Both the position numbers and the translations under genes were made by a program. The notes beneath the pieces are model-generated. The model was given only the letters and a program-made list of their open reading frames with translations, had not been told where the DNA came from and did no database searches. Shown here piece after piece: positions 50,186-60,866 of a DNA stretch of 64,000 nucleotides (position 1 is the first letter of the stretch; each line of letters starts with the position of its first letter). Source of the stretch: Chthonomonadales bacterium (GTDB taxonomy: Bacteria; Armatimonadota; Chthonomonadetes; Chthonomonadales; CAJBBX01); the NCBI GenBank assembly GCA_037443035.1, contig JBBIPC010000014.1, positions 32,700 through 96,699 of the forward strand, written 5' to 3'.

Positions 50186-52231
50186 CTACCATCGGTGATT
50201 CCCCCATGTTTCGTACGGTCGTTCCTGTCCATCGAGCAAAGACATGGCGAGTGCCGCCGGTTGGTCGCACCGAACCACCTTGACGAGAAGACGGTTCTCA
50301 CCGGGGTGCAGACGCACTGGAGCGCCTGGTCCACTGCAGAGAGAGGGTCGGAACGGAGAATGGTCGTGGACCTGGTAGACGACTCGGTCATTGAGCCAAA
50401 CTCGCACGCCGTCGTTGGTGTGCACAATGAGCTTGGCATCTTCGTGTGACGTACGTCGTAGGAACGTCATTCCGTACGCCACCCCAGGCACGCCACCGAA
50501 GATCGGCTCCACATCCAAGACCGGCTCGCCGAAGGCCATGCGTTGCCACCCAACGAGCCCGTCGTCACGACCCAGGTACTTTTCCTCTAAGGCCGGTTTC
50601 AGCTCCACTGGGTATCCGTGTTCGAACCCTCCCCCGAACTGGTTCTTCAATGGACCCACGAACCACCAACATGCCGCTGGTACGAACGGCACCGAGATCT
50701 CTTTCGCAGAGCCTTCCGGAGACACGAGGCGGAGGGTGAGGGCGCGGTTCGCTTCGGAACAGTCGGCTGGCGATTTCACGACGTAGCCGAGGCGCGCCTG
50801 CCGACCAGGTTCTATGCGCACGTTCGGCCCCTGGGCACCGGGCACGGCCACGCGCCACCCGGAAGCAGCTTCGAGACTCACTGTGCCGAAGAACGGGTCG
50901 CCACCGACGTTCCGCAAGTTGACGATGACAGACCGCGCCACTTCTGGCACGATGGTCGGTCCATCGGCGCCGAAGTCGAGGCCGATCTCCAGGCTGTCCA
51001 GCCGGTTGTGGGCCAGAGAAGACGAAGCCTGGAGGAGCGGCGCGCTGTCGCTGGCGTCGAGCCAGTTCGGCTCTACGAGAAGGAGCGCGGGTGTTGACTG
51101 AGGACCCGTCGCCTCAGGTCCCGGGGCAGATTCGTCGGCCAACTGGGGAGCCGAATCAGGGGAAGTGACATCGAAGGGCTGCTCGTCCGATGGGAGTTCC
51201 TGGATACTCACCCAAGGACAGCGCTTGGTGACGACTTGCAGCCCAACGGCGACTGTGCGATCCGTCAAGTCTGCGACGGTCGCTGGCGCATCCAGACCTT
51301 CTACGCCCCAGCCAAGCACCACGCCATCGCCGATGGGCTCCAACCACCGGGAAGGCAGGGAAGATGCACCTCCACGGATGCCCAGGATCGCTCCCACAGT
51401 GGCACCGGTGGTGTCCGTATCGTAACCGCAGTTGACGGCGGTACACAACGATGCTCCGAAGTCGCCATCGCCATATAGGAGACCCAACGCGATGAAGCCG
51501 AGGTTCTGCGCCGTATCGGTGACGTTGCTGTGCCCTACTTCTCGAAGGATGTCAGCTCGGGCTTCCAGGGCGGACTTGCCCGCCAGACGGGCGGATCTGA
51601 CGGTCTCGATGGCCTTGGCGATGCGACTGGTGGAAGGTATCCTGCTCAGTCCGATCTGCAGCAGGCGATCCAGGTCGCTCACAAAGAACGCTGCACTCTC
51701 CAGGGCAGCGAGAAACATGAGTGCCCAGACCCCCTCACCCGAGTGATCTAGGACCGCATCGGCATAGGCATACGCGGCGGCGACGTCGGGCGCTCCCGGG
51801 GCGATCATGGACCAGATCTCGGCCCGTATCGTTGCGCCCATGCTGTTGCGAAACCAGTTCGCGAAATGACCGCACAACGGCGGGTTCAAGCCACGGCGGA
51901 GATTCCATGTGGCGTAGGCATACTCGTCCCACGGGTACCGCATGTGTTCTAGCCACTCGCTCGCTAGTTGCAGCGAACTTAGGTCGGTGCCGTGGGTTTC
52001 CAGAGCATGAAGCCAGAGCAGCTCCAGGTCCAGATCGTCATTGGCCGCTGGCTGGACCGGCACAGGGTCATAGAATGCCAGACCCAGCGGTTCGGTCCGA
52101 CCCTCATAGGGGGTGCCTAAGGTGCTACCTGCGTTCTTGCCGAGCCATCCACCAAGGACGCGGTCTCGATACTGAGCTGGCGTCATTCGAACGATCGGTG
52201 CACTCCATGCACCTGTACTCGGTACGCTCAT
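50186..52231 (-). CDS. ADP-ribosylglycohydrolase family protein with C-terminal Ig-like/beta domains
   Basis: GGWLGK..G.TLG.PYEG, NDDLD, GATIRAE, CGYDTDTTGATVG. Confidence 0.85.
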   Translation of the reverse strand: MSVPSTGAWSAPIVRMTPAQYRDRVLGGWLGKNAGSTLGTPYEGRTEPLGLAFYDPVPVQPAANDDLDLELLWLHALETHGTDLSSLQLASEWLEHMRYPWDEYAYATWNLRRGLNPPLCGHFANWFRNSMGATIRAEIWSMIAPGAPDVAAAYAYADAVLDHSGEGVWALMFLAALESAAFFVSDLDRLLQIGLSRIPSTSRIAKAIETVRSARLAGKSALEARADILREVGHSNVTDTAQNLGFIALGLLYGDGDFGASLCTAVNCGYDTDTTGATVGAILGIRGGASSLPSRWLEPIGDGVVLGWGVEGLDAPATVADLTDRTVAVGLQVVTKRCPWVSIQELPSDEQPFDVTSPDSAPQLADESAPGPEATGPQSTPALLLVEPNWLDASDSAPLLQASSSLAHNRLDSLEIGLDFGADGPTIVPEVARSVIVNLRNVGGDPFFGTVSLEAASGWRVAVPGAQGPNVRIEPGRQARLGYVVKSPADCSEANRALTLRLVSPEGSAKEISVPFVPAACWWFVGPLKNQFGGGFEHGYPVELKPALEEKYLGRDDGLVGWQRMAFGEPVLDVEPIFGGVPGVAYGMTFLRRTSHEDAKLIVHTNDGVRVWLNDRVVYQVHDHSPFRPSLCSGPGAPVRLHPGENRLLVKVVRCDQPAALAMSLLDGQERPYETWGNHRW

Positions 52232-52440
52232 GGCCGATCCCCCTTCCGGGCACCATGCATGTTCCCCTTTCTACGGCTGCAACCAGTGTAGCACTGCAAA
52301 GGAATCTATGGAACTCCCAGGTCGCGGTATCGGTGCCCTGTCAACCAGGCCAGGCGAACCAACGAAGGGGCAGGAACCGGCCGCGTGCGCATCGTACAAC
52401 AAGGCTGCGTTGTCAGAGATCAGACGAAAGGAGCATTGCC

Positions 52441-54096
52441 ATGCTCACGGTTCCTGCCAATCACGTTGCGGAGATCCAGTTCGTAGCCGCACGGGATCAT
52501 TCGGACCCGTTCAACACGGTGCGTCTGGATGTCCTCTTTACATCGCCCTCTGGCAAAGAACTGCGGGTGCCGGCGTTCTGGGCAGGGGGCACCAGTTGGC
52601 GCGTGCGGTATTCCTCCGCCGAAGCGGGCGAGCACACCTATGTGTCAGTGTGCTCGGACAAGAACGACGCCGGTCTCCACGGCGTGGAGGGCAGCGTCAG
52701 CGTCACCACATATGACGGAGGCAATCCGCTCTACCGTCATGGACCGTTGACCGTATCGCGGACTCACCGGTACTTGCAGCACGCCGACGGCAAGCCCTTC
52801 TTCTGGCTCGGCGACACATGGTGGATGGGGTTGTGCAAGCGCATCCGATGGCCGGAGGAGTTCGAGACTCTCACAGACGATCGGGTGCGCAAGGGTTTCA
52901 ACGTCGTGCAAATCGTTGCCGGTCTTTATCCCGACATGGGTGCGTTCGACGAAAGAGGCGCCAACGAGGCTGGATTCCCATGGGAAGAGGAATGGGGCGC
53001 CATTCGTCCCGAGTACTTCGACCGAGCTGACGAGAGGATCGCGCACCTCGTGAAGCGGGGGATCGTGCCCTGCGTCGTCGGCGCCTGGGGGTACTACCTG
53101 CCCTGGCTCGGTGCAGAGAAGATGAAACGCCACTGGCGATACCTCATCGCCAGGTGGGGGGCTTACCCTGTCGTGTGGTGTATTGCGGGCGAGGCCAATC
53201 TGCCATGGTACCTGGTGCCCAACTTCCCCTACGATGACCGCAGTGCCGTTACAGGATGGACCGAGATAGCCGACTACGTTCGACGTACAGATCCGTACCG
53301 CCGCCTCATCTCCATCCACCCCACGGGTCTGGGGCGTCTGAGTGCTCGAGGCTCCATCGATGACCAGAGCCTGCTCGACTTCGACATGCTGCAGACGGGC
53401 CACGGCGACAGGGAGAGTCTCGGCCCGACGGTCGAGACAGTTCGCTGGTCCTATGGAGCGGAACCTCGCATGCCCGTGCTCGACTCCGAGGTGAACTACG
53501 AAGGCATTCTAGGTCGCTGCCACGACGACGTCCAGCGCCTCATGTTCTGGAGCTGCATTCTCAGTGGAGCATGCGGACATACATACGGAGCCAATGGTAT
53601 CTGGCAGATGAATGAGAAGGACAAACCGTATGGCAACTCACCCCACGGGGGTACGTACGGCCCGACGCCTTGGCAGGAGGCCATGGTCCTTCCAGGTTCG
53701 AGCCAACTTGGAGCGTCGAAACGGCTCCTGGAGCGGTATCGCTGGTACGAGTTCGCACCACATCCTGAGTGGGTGGCTTATGCAGATGGCTTCACGTCGC
53801 GCGACGCGTGGCACGTTCCCTACGCAGCCGGGATCCCCGATGAGGTGCGTTTCGTATATGCGCCGCAGGGCCATCCCATTGTCCTTCGCGGCCTTGGCGG
53901 CAGGAAGTGGCGAGCATGCGCCTACGACTTAGGCAAGGTCGGTCAACGCGAGGGCGGAGAGACCTTGGAGGCCCAGCGGGTTCCACTGAAGGACCTTGAT
54001 GTTGCTGAGGACGGCACCTGCCGCGTAGAACGTCCCTTCCCAGACGACCCTGGGCGTCCCGAGCAAGATTGGCTCCTCGTTCTGGAATGCGACTAG
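52441..54096 (+). CDS. DUF5060 + DUF4038 (apiosidase/GH140-like) glycoside hydrolase
   Basis: VPAFWAGG..WRVRY; HADGKPFFWLGDTWW; WCIAGE; E.NYEG; GHTYGANGIWQ; AAGGAG SD. Confidence 0.85.
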   Translation: MLTVPANHVAEIQFVAARDHSDPFNTVRLDVLFTSPSGKELRVPAFWAGGTSWRVRYSSAEAGEHTYVSVCSDKNDAGLHGVEGSVSVTTYDGGNPLYRHGPLTVSRTHRYLQHADGKPFFWLGDTWWMGLCKRIRWPEEFETLTDDRVRKGFNVVQIVAGLYPDMGAFDERGANEAGFPWEEEWGAIRPEYFDRADERIAHLVKRGIVPCVVGAWGYYLPWLGAEKMKRHWRYLIARWGAYPVVWCIAGEANLPWYLVPNFPYDDRSAVTGWTEIADYVRRTDPYRRLISIHPTGLGRLSARGSIDDQSLLDFDMLQTGHGDRESLGPTVETVRWSYGAEPRMPVLDSEVNYEGILGRCHDDVQRLMFWSCILSGACGHTYGANGIWQMNEKDKPYGNSPHGGTYGPTPWQEAMVLPGSSQLGASKRLLERYRWYEFAPHPEWVAYADGFTSRDAWHVPYAAGIPDEVRFVYAPQGHPIVLRGLGGRKWRACAYDLGKVGQREGGETLEAQRVPLKDLDVAEDGTCRVERPFPDDPGRPEQDWLLVLECD

Positions 54097-57000
54097 CAGG
54101 GGCAAAGCTGGGCCGGCTTTCTGGGTTGTACGACGCATCGAGGTATCGGTGGACAGGCACGCCGGTCCTTGAGCGCGTGTGCCGGACAGGGCTTCTTGCG
54201 TCCGCTCTGGCCGCCAGCGTTCCCGGGATCGCAGGTCCTCGGACGAGGGTTGCCGGCGACCGGATGGCTGCCCACCATCTGACCATGGTAGCAGTCAATG
54301 AGACTACGCCGACCGCGGGCCTTCTGACCTACGTAGTCAACCGGTTCACCCAAGTCGAAGCGTACGGACTGGCGCGCTTCTCTGCACACGTGCATTCCAG
54401 TGGACAGGTGCTCGGACCGGGGCAGGCAACGCAGGTCGCGGTCCGGGACGTTCCGGGCGCCGTGCAGGCAGTATATAGGCTGGGCGAAACGCAGGTACGG
54501 CTCGAAATTGCACCTCTCCTTCGCGGCAGCGGCCAGCGATGGGCTGGCGCCGTCAGGTTCGCCGTACGTGTCCAGCCGCCGGCGCCCGTGGATGTTCGTG
54601 TGGGTGGCAGCCGGGTAGTCGGGTTCCAATCGCCACGCGCCGCATGGCTGCAGTGTGAGGATCCGACGTCAGCGGGGGACACGGCGATCGTCGAGAATGG
54701 CGTTGGCGTTCTCCGATCGGGTGTACATCCGCTGGCCGTCGCTGTGCGGGGCGAAGGACCTGGGCATGCAGTACAGGTCGAAGGCGGTCGCACGGTTGTG
54801 TTGCGATTTCCGGCCGGTCACGGAGTGGTCATGGCGGCCTACGCTGAGGCGCCGAAGATGGCACGCCGGTTGTGCACCGACGACGCTTCAAGTACCAGAC
54901 ACGAGGTTGCCGAATACTATGCCCGGCTCCTACGCTCCAGTATAGGAACTCCCCAGCCGGAACTGGACAAGGCTCTCCGAGCGGCAATCATCACGCTGGA
55001 GTACAACTGGATCACGCCCATTGGCTGGAACGAATGTATCCATCACTGGTACTCCCTATGGCACATGCAGCATTCTCCAGCGGCCGAATGGCTGGGTCAG
55101 GCCGACCGCTCCCGGACCTGCATCCTGACACACGCGCAGCGTCTCATGCCCGACGGCGCGGCTCCACAGCTCTCGGTGGACGGTCGCAGACGGAGAGATT
55201 TCGGGGGCTCCAATCAGTTCTTCGCGTGGCAGATCCGGCATTACTGGCGGTTCACGGGCGATCGCAGGTTCGCTGCCGCCATGGCGCCGGTGCTAGATCG
55301 CATCATCGCCCAGACATGGCGCGAGTATGACACAGACGGGGACGATCTGCTGGCGTGGGGGCAGCAGATCGGCAACCAGGAGGACTACGTTTCGACGCCA
55401 TGGAACGGCACGTCACCCAGCATCGAGGGGATACAAATCCTGCTCACTCGGGCGGAGATCGCCCGAGGGCTAGGTGACGTAGTCCGAGCCGCCGACTGCG
55501 AAGCCCGGGCGGAGCGCCTGCGGCGGAAACTGCACGCGCGGCTCTGGATGCCAGATCTCGGTCGCTATGCTTTCTTCGAGGATCCTCTGGGTGTTCTGAG
55601 AGCCGAGGGGCAATACCACACTTTCGCCTATCCTGCGATCTATGACACTGCCGACATGCTCGACTCCTGGTCTTCCGTCCGTCATATGCGCGAGAGACTG
55701 ACTGGCCAGGGAGGCGAGGTCTATTGCTCGAATGACTTCCCGTGGCATGCCGTTGGAACCTGGGGAATGCAGGCCGGCGCTGCGCAGCAACCATGGGCTG
55801 CGTGGGCGCTGGCGTCGGTCGGTCTGCACAACGAAACGTACCGGCCTCTCCTCGCGGCGGCACGATGGGCCGTGGACCAGAACCATCGCGGTGCCTGGCC
55901 CGAGATTTCTGTCGAACCGACGCCGGCGTATTTCTCGCCACCCGCCGGGCTGTACGTGCAAGCCGTCGTCGAAGCGCTCTTCGGACTGACCGTCGACCGG
56001 TCGCGCGGTCTCCTGCACGTGCGTCCATCGTTTCCCGACCATTGGCCGTCCGCGTCCCTCCGACTCCCCTCTCTGAGGGCAGTGTACTCCCGTGTCGGCA
56101 ATCGCCTGTCCTACACGGTTGTTACGTCGGACGCGCTCCGACGCGAGGTGGGGTGGGCTTTGCCGGTCGGTAAGGTCGTACGCTTCACCTGTAACGGGCG
56201 ACCTGCGGGCTATCGAGTTCGGCCGGGCGTCGGGTGCGTATGGCTCGAGAGCCTCTTGCCGACAGCTCGGGTCTCACGCCTGGAAGTCGCCATCTCTCCG
56301 ATTTCCTATCGCGTGGAGGCGCCGGTATCGGCTGCAGAAGCGGACGATCTCCATCTGCGCGTGCGCGGCGCGTCCATCGAGCGACTGGAAGATCGCGCCG
56401 GGATTCTCAGCACATGGAGCGCTGACGGGCCGTGCCAGATCAGAGCTCGCGTCCGGCCTGGCCTCCTGGACCGCTACACGAAGTTCGGTCCCCTGGGCCT
56501 GCTCAACTTCAGCCGACGATCCTGCTTTCTGTGGCTACGAGGCAGCGGAGGTGTCCGGTGGGTCCATCCTGTGACAATGACCCTGTTGCCGCGTGCGGAG
56601 GCCGAGGCTGCCCTGACTCCTGATGGTGACGGCGCCTCGCTCGTCATCACGCTTCGAAACAACGGGGCAGTGCGGGTTCGCGGGCCTTGGTTCATCCGCA
56701 TAGGGCCGCTCGCCCGCAGCATTCGTGCCATGGTCGAGCCTAGATTGCAGATCACGATGAGGACACGTATCGCTTCGCGCCAACTCACCGCACTCTGTTG
56801 GGGCGATAACACCGTCAGGCTTGCAGGACCGAACGGCGAAGAACTAACATGCCGCATAGATGCCACCCCGGTGCTGCAGAAGCACAATCGCCTACGGGAG
56901 CTGTACGCCTCGAGAATGGTCACGGTACGGCTGCCATCAGCGCTACTTCAACCCGATGACCGCTGGCGGGAGTGGCGCGAATGGTACGCGTACGGCCACT

Positions 57001-58103
57001 GGCCTTGGGCCAATAGCCGGCCGCCCCTGGAATCGTTGGTTGGCAAGACGCGCATCGTAGTACCAGGGCTCGACGCCGTACATTTCCAGCTCGAGGAGCG
57101 GCGTCTGATACCCATCTCGAGACGTCTGGGCAGGCACGCGGCAACGATCCCCTTGAACGGCATAGAATGCCGGAAGTTGTACATCCTGGTGACGCCTTTC
57201 CTGGACAACCACGACACGTTCGCCTGCGTGGGACGTCTCACGGTCCGTCTTTCCCGTGGTGGTGTCCTGAGCAGAGAACTGTGCTTCCCGGGCGACCTCG
57301 ACTGGTGGTGCCCGAAGGAGATCGTGGGAGGTTTCGCCACGTTCTCGGAAGAACGACCCAACCGCGGACGCCTCCTGCCGGTACCGTCGAAGGAGAACGG
57401 CGACTGGGACATCGCCCAGCCGCCAGCCTTTCCGCAGCCTGCGCTATGGAGCGTCCATCGAGCTCTCGCGTCACCGTCGGCTGTCCATTCCGTCCTCGAG
57501 CTGGACCTTGGTGAGACAGTGCCGGTAGCTTCGATAACTCTCGAAACTGTCGGCGAAGACCCGGCATTGGGTTTGGTAGCAGTCACTGCGGAGACCAGCG
57601 CAGGTGCCGAGGCGCTGGTCGGAACACCGTGGGAACCCCTGCCCGACCTCACGCCACCGCGTCATCTCTTCAGGCTCACCGAACCGAGTGACCTCGAGGG
57701 GTGGACACTAGAGGGGAACGCGTTCGCCATAGGTGCAGCGCCTGGAATGTTCGCAACAGCGACCTTGAACTCACTCGTTCGCTCAGGTGAGACGGCTACG
57801 GGCCGGGCATTGTCGCCCCCGTTCGTCGCGGACATGGACCGCCTGACCTTCCGGTTGCACGGCGGCTGGGCTCGAGGCGAGGGCTACGAGGCGGATCTCG
57901 CAGTCCGCCTTCTGGATGCTGACAGCGGAGCAGTCCTGGCATGGGTCCACCCGCCTGGCACGCACGTACCGCAATCCGCGATCATCGAGACGGGCAAATT
58001 CCGTGGCCGCAAGGTCCGCCTAGAACTGGTGGACAACAATACCGCGCCGAGTTACGCGTGGATCGGGATAAGTGAGATCGTCGCTGAGTACCAGACTCGG
58101 TGA
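54069..58103 (+). CDS. Very large (alpha/alpha)6-barrel glycoside hydrolase-like protein (start uncertain, possibly ~54263)
   Basis: HYWRFTGD, YDTDGDDL, LWMPDLGRYA, ALFGL..D; C-terminal beta-sandwich. Confidence 0.65.
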   Translation: MAPRSGMRLAGAKLGRLSGLYDASRYRWTGTPVLERVCRTGLLASALAASVPGIAGPRTRVAGDRMAAHHLTMVAVNETTPTAGLLTYVVNRFTQVEAYGLARFSAHVHSSGQVLGPGQATQVAVRDVPGAVQAVYRLGETQVRLEIAPLLRGSGQRWAGAVRFAVRVQPPAPVDVRVGGSRVVGFQSPRAAWLQCEDPTSAGDTAIVENGVGVLRSGVHPLAVAVRGEGPGHAVQVEGGRTVVLRFPAGHGVVMAAYAEAPKMARRLCTDDASSTRHEVAEYYARLLRSSIGTPQPELDKALRAAIITLEYNWITPIGWNECIHHWYSLWHMQHSPAAEWLGQADRSRTCILTHAQRLMPDGAAPQLSVDGRRRRDFGGSNQFFAWQIRHYWRFTGDRRFAAAMAPVLDRIIAQTWREYDTDGDDLLAWGQQIGNQEDYVSTPWNGTSPSIEGIQILLTRAEIARGLGDVVRAADCEARAERLRRKLHARLWMPDLGRYAFFEDPLGVLRAEGQYHTFAYPAIYDTADMLDSWSSVRHMRERLTGQGGEVYCSNDFPWHAVGTWGMQAGAAQQPWAAWALASVGLHNETYRPLLAAARWAVDQNHRGAWPEISVEPTPAYFSPPAGLYVQAVVEALFGLTVDRSRGLLHVRPSFPDHWPSASLRLPSLRAVYSRVGNRLSYTVVTSDALRREVGWALPVGKVVRFTCNGRPAGYRVRPGVGCVWLESLLPTARVSRLEVAISPISYRVEAPVSAAEADDLHLRVRGASIERLEDRAGILSTWSADGPCQIRARVRPGLLDRYTKFGPLGLLNFSRRSCFLWLRGSGGVRWVHPVTMTLLPRAEAEAALTPDGDGASLVITLRNNGAVRVRGPWFIRIGPLARSIRAMVEPRLQITMRTRIASRQLTALCWGDNTVRLAGPNGEELTCRIDATPVLQKHNRLRELYASRMVTVRLPSALLQPDDRWREWREWYAYGHWPWANSRPPLESLVGKTRIVVPGLDAVHFQLEERRLIPISRRLGRHAATIPLNGIECRKLYILVTPFLDNHDTFACVGRLTVRLSRGGVLSRELCFPGDLDWWCPKEIVGGFATFSEERPNRGRLLPVPSKENGDWDIAQPPAFPQPALWSVHRALASPSAVHSVLELDLGETVPVASITLETVGEDPALGLVAVTAETSAGAEALVGTPWEPLPDLTPPRHLFRLTEPSDLEGWTLEGNAFAIGAAPGMFATATLNSLVRSGETATGRALSPPFVADMDRLTFRLHGGWARGEGYEADLAVRLLDADSGAVLAWVHPPGTHVPQSAIIETGKFRGRKVRLELVDNNTAPSYAWIGISEIVAEYQTR

Positions 58104-58118
58104 GAGGAGAGCCGGAGG

Positions 58119-59216
58119 ATGATCTCTGTCCATGCCGAACGGGTCCGCGCAGCCGTCATGCCCGGACCTGGTCTGCCCCTCGAGATAAGGGAGTTGCCAT
58201 ATCCCCGGGTGGAACCTGGCGGAGTTGTGCTTCGCACTCTCGCAGCCGAAGTCTGCGGCACCGATGTCCATCTCCACCACGGGAGGCTAGCGGGGGTCCC
58301 GTACCCGATCATTCCAGGACACATCTCTGTAGGGGAAGTGGAGCAGGTAGGTGGCTCGGTCCTGGATGTGGACGGCTTGCCAGTGGAACAGGGCGATGTC
58401 GTCACCTTCCTCGATGTCCACGAGACCTGCCATGCATGTTGGTTCTGCCTCGTGGCGAAGGCCACAACTCGCTGCCCCAGCAGGAAGGTCTATGGCATCA
58501 CCTACGGGCTTGCCGATGGCCTGCTCGGTGGATGGGCCGAGAGGATCTATCTGAAGCCAGGCGTGCACATTGTCCGGCTACCGTCCGAGATCTCACCGGA
58601 GCTATGGATAGCAGGCGGCTGCGGTATGCCGACTGCCTTGCATGCGGTGGACCTCGCGCAGATCCGCCTCGGTGATAGCGTGCTCGTGCAGGGAGCCGGA
58701 CCTGTGGGGCTGTGTGCATGCGCTCTCGCGCACTGCAGCGGAGCCGGCTGGGTTGGCGTAGTGGAACCCTCGGAACTGCGTCGCAGCGCCGCATTGGCCA
58801 TGGGGGCGGATGAGGTGTTCGTTGTGGGGCCAGACCTGGCAGACAAGGTGCGTCATGCAACGTACGGACGAGGACCCGACGTCGTCATCGAAGCATCCGG
58901 GCATCCGCAAGCACTACGGCAGGGCTGCGAGATGGTGCGGGACGGGGGACGCTACGTCATCGTTGGTCAGTACACGGACAACGGCGAGATAGAGCTCAAT
59001 CCGCACTTGCACATCAACAGGAAGCATATCACGATCCAGGGCTGCTGGGGGTCTGACTTCAGTCACATCTACCGAGGCGTCCAGCTCCTCGGCCGGTTTG
59101 GCAGTCGGTTTCCATGGCTCTCGCTCATCTCGCGGAGCTACAGCCTCGAAGACGCATCCCAGGCTCTGGAGGACGTGGAAAAGCGCAGGGTCGTCAAGGC
59201 CGTTATCCGCCCATAG
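58119..59216 (+). CDS. Zinc-dependent alcohol dehydrogenase family
   Basis: CGTDVH, CHACWFC..C, VQGAGPVG. Confidence 0.93.
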   Translation: MISVHAERVRAAVMPGPGLPLEIRELPYPRVEPGGVVLRTLAAEVCGTDVHLHHGRLAGVPYPIIPGHISVGEVEQVGGSVLDVDGLPVEQGDVVTFLDVHETCHACWFCLVAKATTRCPSRKVYGITYGLADGLLGGWAERIYLKPGVHIVRLPSEISPELWIAGGCGMPTALHAVDLAQIRLGDSVLVQGAGPVGLCACALAHCSGAGWVGVVEPSELRRSAALAMGADEVFVVGPDLADKVRHATYGRGPDVVIEASGHPQALRQGCEMVRDGGRYVIVGQYTDNGEIELNPHLHINRKHITIQGCWGSDFSHIYRGVQLLGRFGSRFPWLSLISRSYSLEDASQALEDVEKRRVVKAVIRP

Positions 59217-59237
59217 CCGTCGTGTAAGCACGCCGGT

Positions 59238-60866
59238 TCATACGGCGCCCTTGCGCCATGCCCGGTGATTCTCGACGTACTCTAGGAACCGCTGGACGTT
59301 GTTCGCCCATAGAATATCAGCTTCACTCAACGGTCTACTCAGCGACAGGCCATTGCTCGTGCGACAGCGGGTGACCGCCACGTAGGTCTGTCCGTGGGCG
59401 AACATCCCGCGCTCGAACTCCACGTGGACCTTGTCGAGCGTGAGCCCTTGGGCTTTATGGATGGTAAGTGCCCACGCGAGACGCAAGGGAATCTGCCGGA
59501 ACGAGCCGACGACGACTGGCTCGATGGTCCGCGTTTCGGCATCGTACTCATAGGTCACGTTTTCCCATACGGCAGGCTCGAGGGCGACTTCCACACCCCG
59601 ACGTAGCCGTACGGTAACTGCTTCGTCATGTAGCGCCACCACTGTCCCGATATCACCGTTGACGCACCTGTCCATGTTGCGCAATGTCATGACCTGCGCA
59701 CCGACCTTCAGTTGGAGTACCTTCTCGGCGGGGACGTTCTTCTCGTTGAATGTTCCACGGATCTGACCCTCGTATGTATGCATCTTGCCGGGGAGTTGAT
59801 GGAGCCGTCTGCGATTCAGCTCGTCCGCCGCTTCTCGACGGGGTGTCAGGATGACGGCGTCCTGGTCGGGCGTTTCGGCTAGGCGTGCCAGTTCGCTCAG
59901 CCTTCTCACGGCGTCTTGGTGGCCCCTGCGTAGATCACACAGGGTCCTGGCATATACCGGGTCCGAGGACTGGCGATGAATCTGGTCGAGGATGAAACAG
60001 ATGAACGACCCTTCGGACCAGACATGCGCATCGAAGAAGAAGGGACTGCCCCACGTCTGGATGATATACGCGGCCTCGTCGTCTTGGACAACCGGCTCCA
60101 GTTGCATGGGATCGCCGAACATGGCGACTCGAACTCCTCCGAATGGTCGGTCGCTATTGCGGGCCAGGCGCAGCTTCCAATCTATGGCGTCCAGGAGGTC
60201 CGCTCGGACCATGCTGACCTCGTCAATGATGAGCAACTCCAATCTCTCCAGCATCCGGCGAACTGGACTACCGGTACGAGCGATGCGGATGTCTTCAGGA
60301 TCGCGAAAGCGCAACAACCGCGGCCGGAATCGGAAGAAACTATGGATGGTCTGCCCCCGAACGTTGACGGCAGCGATGCCAGTCGGAGCGACGACTGCAC
60401 TGCGCCCGGCCGTCTGTCGTTGCAGCTCGCGCAGTAGTGTGGACTTGCCAGTACCGGCTGGGCCAGTGACGAACGCCGCGATATGCTCCCATTGCGGCGA
60501 AACGAGATACTCCAGAGCGGCTCTCTGGTCCTTGCTGAGGGGAAAAGCAGGCGCATCCTCCGGCATCGGTGCACGGGGTGGTGCCGGTGGAGCCTTGGCC
60601 GCAGGAGGAGCCTTCACGCGACGCGCCGGTGCTTGGTGACCCATAGGCATCGGGGGCGACTTGGACTCACTCGACGGCCGGAGCGAGGAGGCGGGCTTGG
60701 ATGGAAACGCCGAACGCACGGGTGCGGTCATCCGCTTCCTCATGAGGTAGCGAACGATGCCGTTAAAGGTCAGACCGAGCAAGCCTCCGAGGATGGAACC
60801 TGGAAGGCCTCCAAGGACGCCTCCAATGGCAGCACCCAGGACAAGAGCAAGGAACCCCGCACTCAT
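59238..60866 (-). CDS. Pif1-family 5'-3' DNA helicase with N-terminal membrane anchor
   Basis: GPAGTGKS, APTGIAA, IIDEVSM, GDPMQL, WALTIHKAQG, YVAVTR. Confidence 0.92.
   Translation of the reverse strand: MSAGFLALVLGAAIGGVLGGLPGSILGGLLGLTFNGIVRYLMRKRMTAPVRSAFPSKPASSLRPSSESKSPPMPMGHQAPARRVKAPPAAKAPPAPPRAPMPEDAPAFPLSKDQRAALEYLVSPQWEHIAAFVTGPAGTGKSTLLRELQRQTAGRSAVVAPTGIAAVNVRGQTIHSFFRFRPRLLRFRDPEDIRIARTGSPVRRMLERLELLIIDEVSMVRADLLDAIDWKLRLARNSDRPFGGVRVAMFGDPMQLEPVVQDDEAAYIIQTWGSPFFFDAHVWSEGSFICFILDQIHRQSSDPVYARTLCDLRRGHQDAVRRLSELARLAETPDQDAVILTPRREAADELNRRRLHQLPGKMHTYEGQIRGTFNEKNVPAEKVLQLKVGAQVMTLRNMDRCVNGDIGTVVALHDEAVTVRLRRGVEVALEPAVWENVTYEYDAETRTIEPVVVGSFRQIPLRLAWALTIHKAQGLTLDKVHVEFERGMFAHGQTYVAVTRCRTSNGLSLSRPLSEADILWANNVQRFLEYVENHRAWRKGAV

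Noticed and set aside
51721..52440. N-terminal extension of the 791-aa ORF
   Set aside because: Overlaps the opposite-strand ARH gene; the SD-preceded ATG at 52441 starts the recognisable domain.
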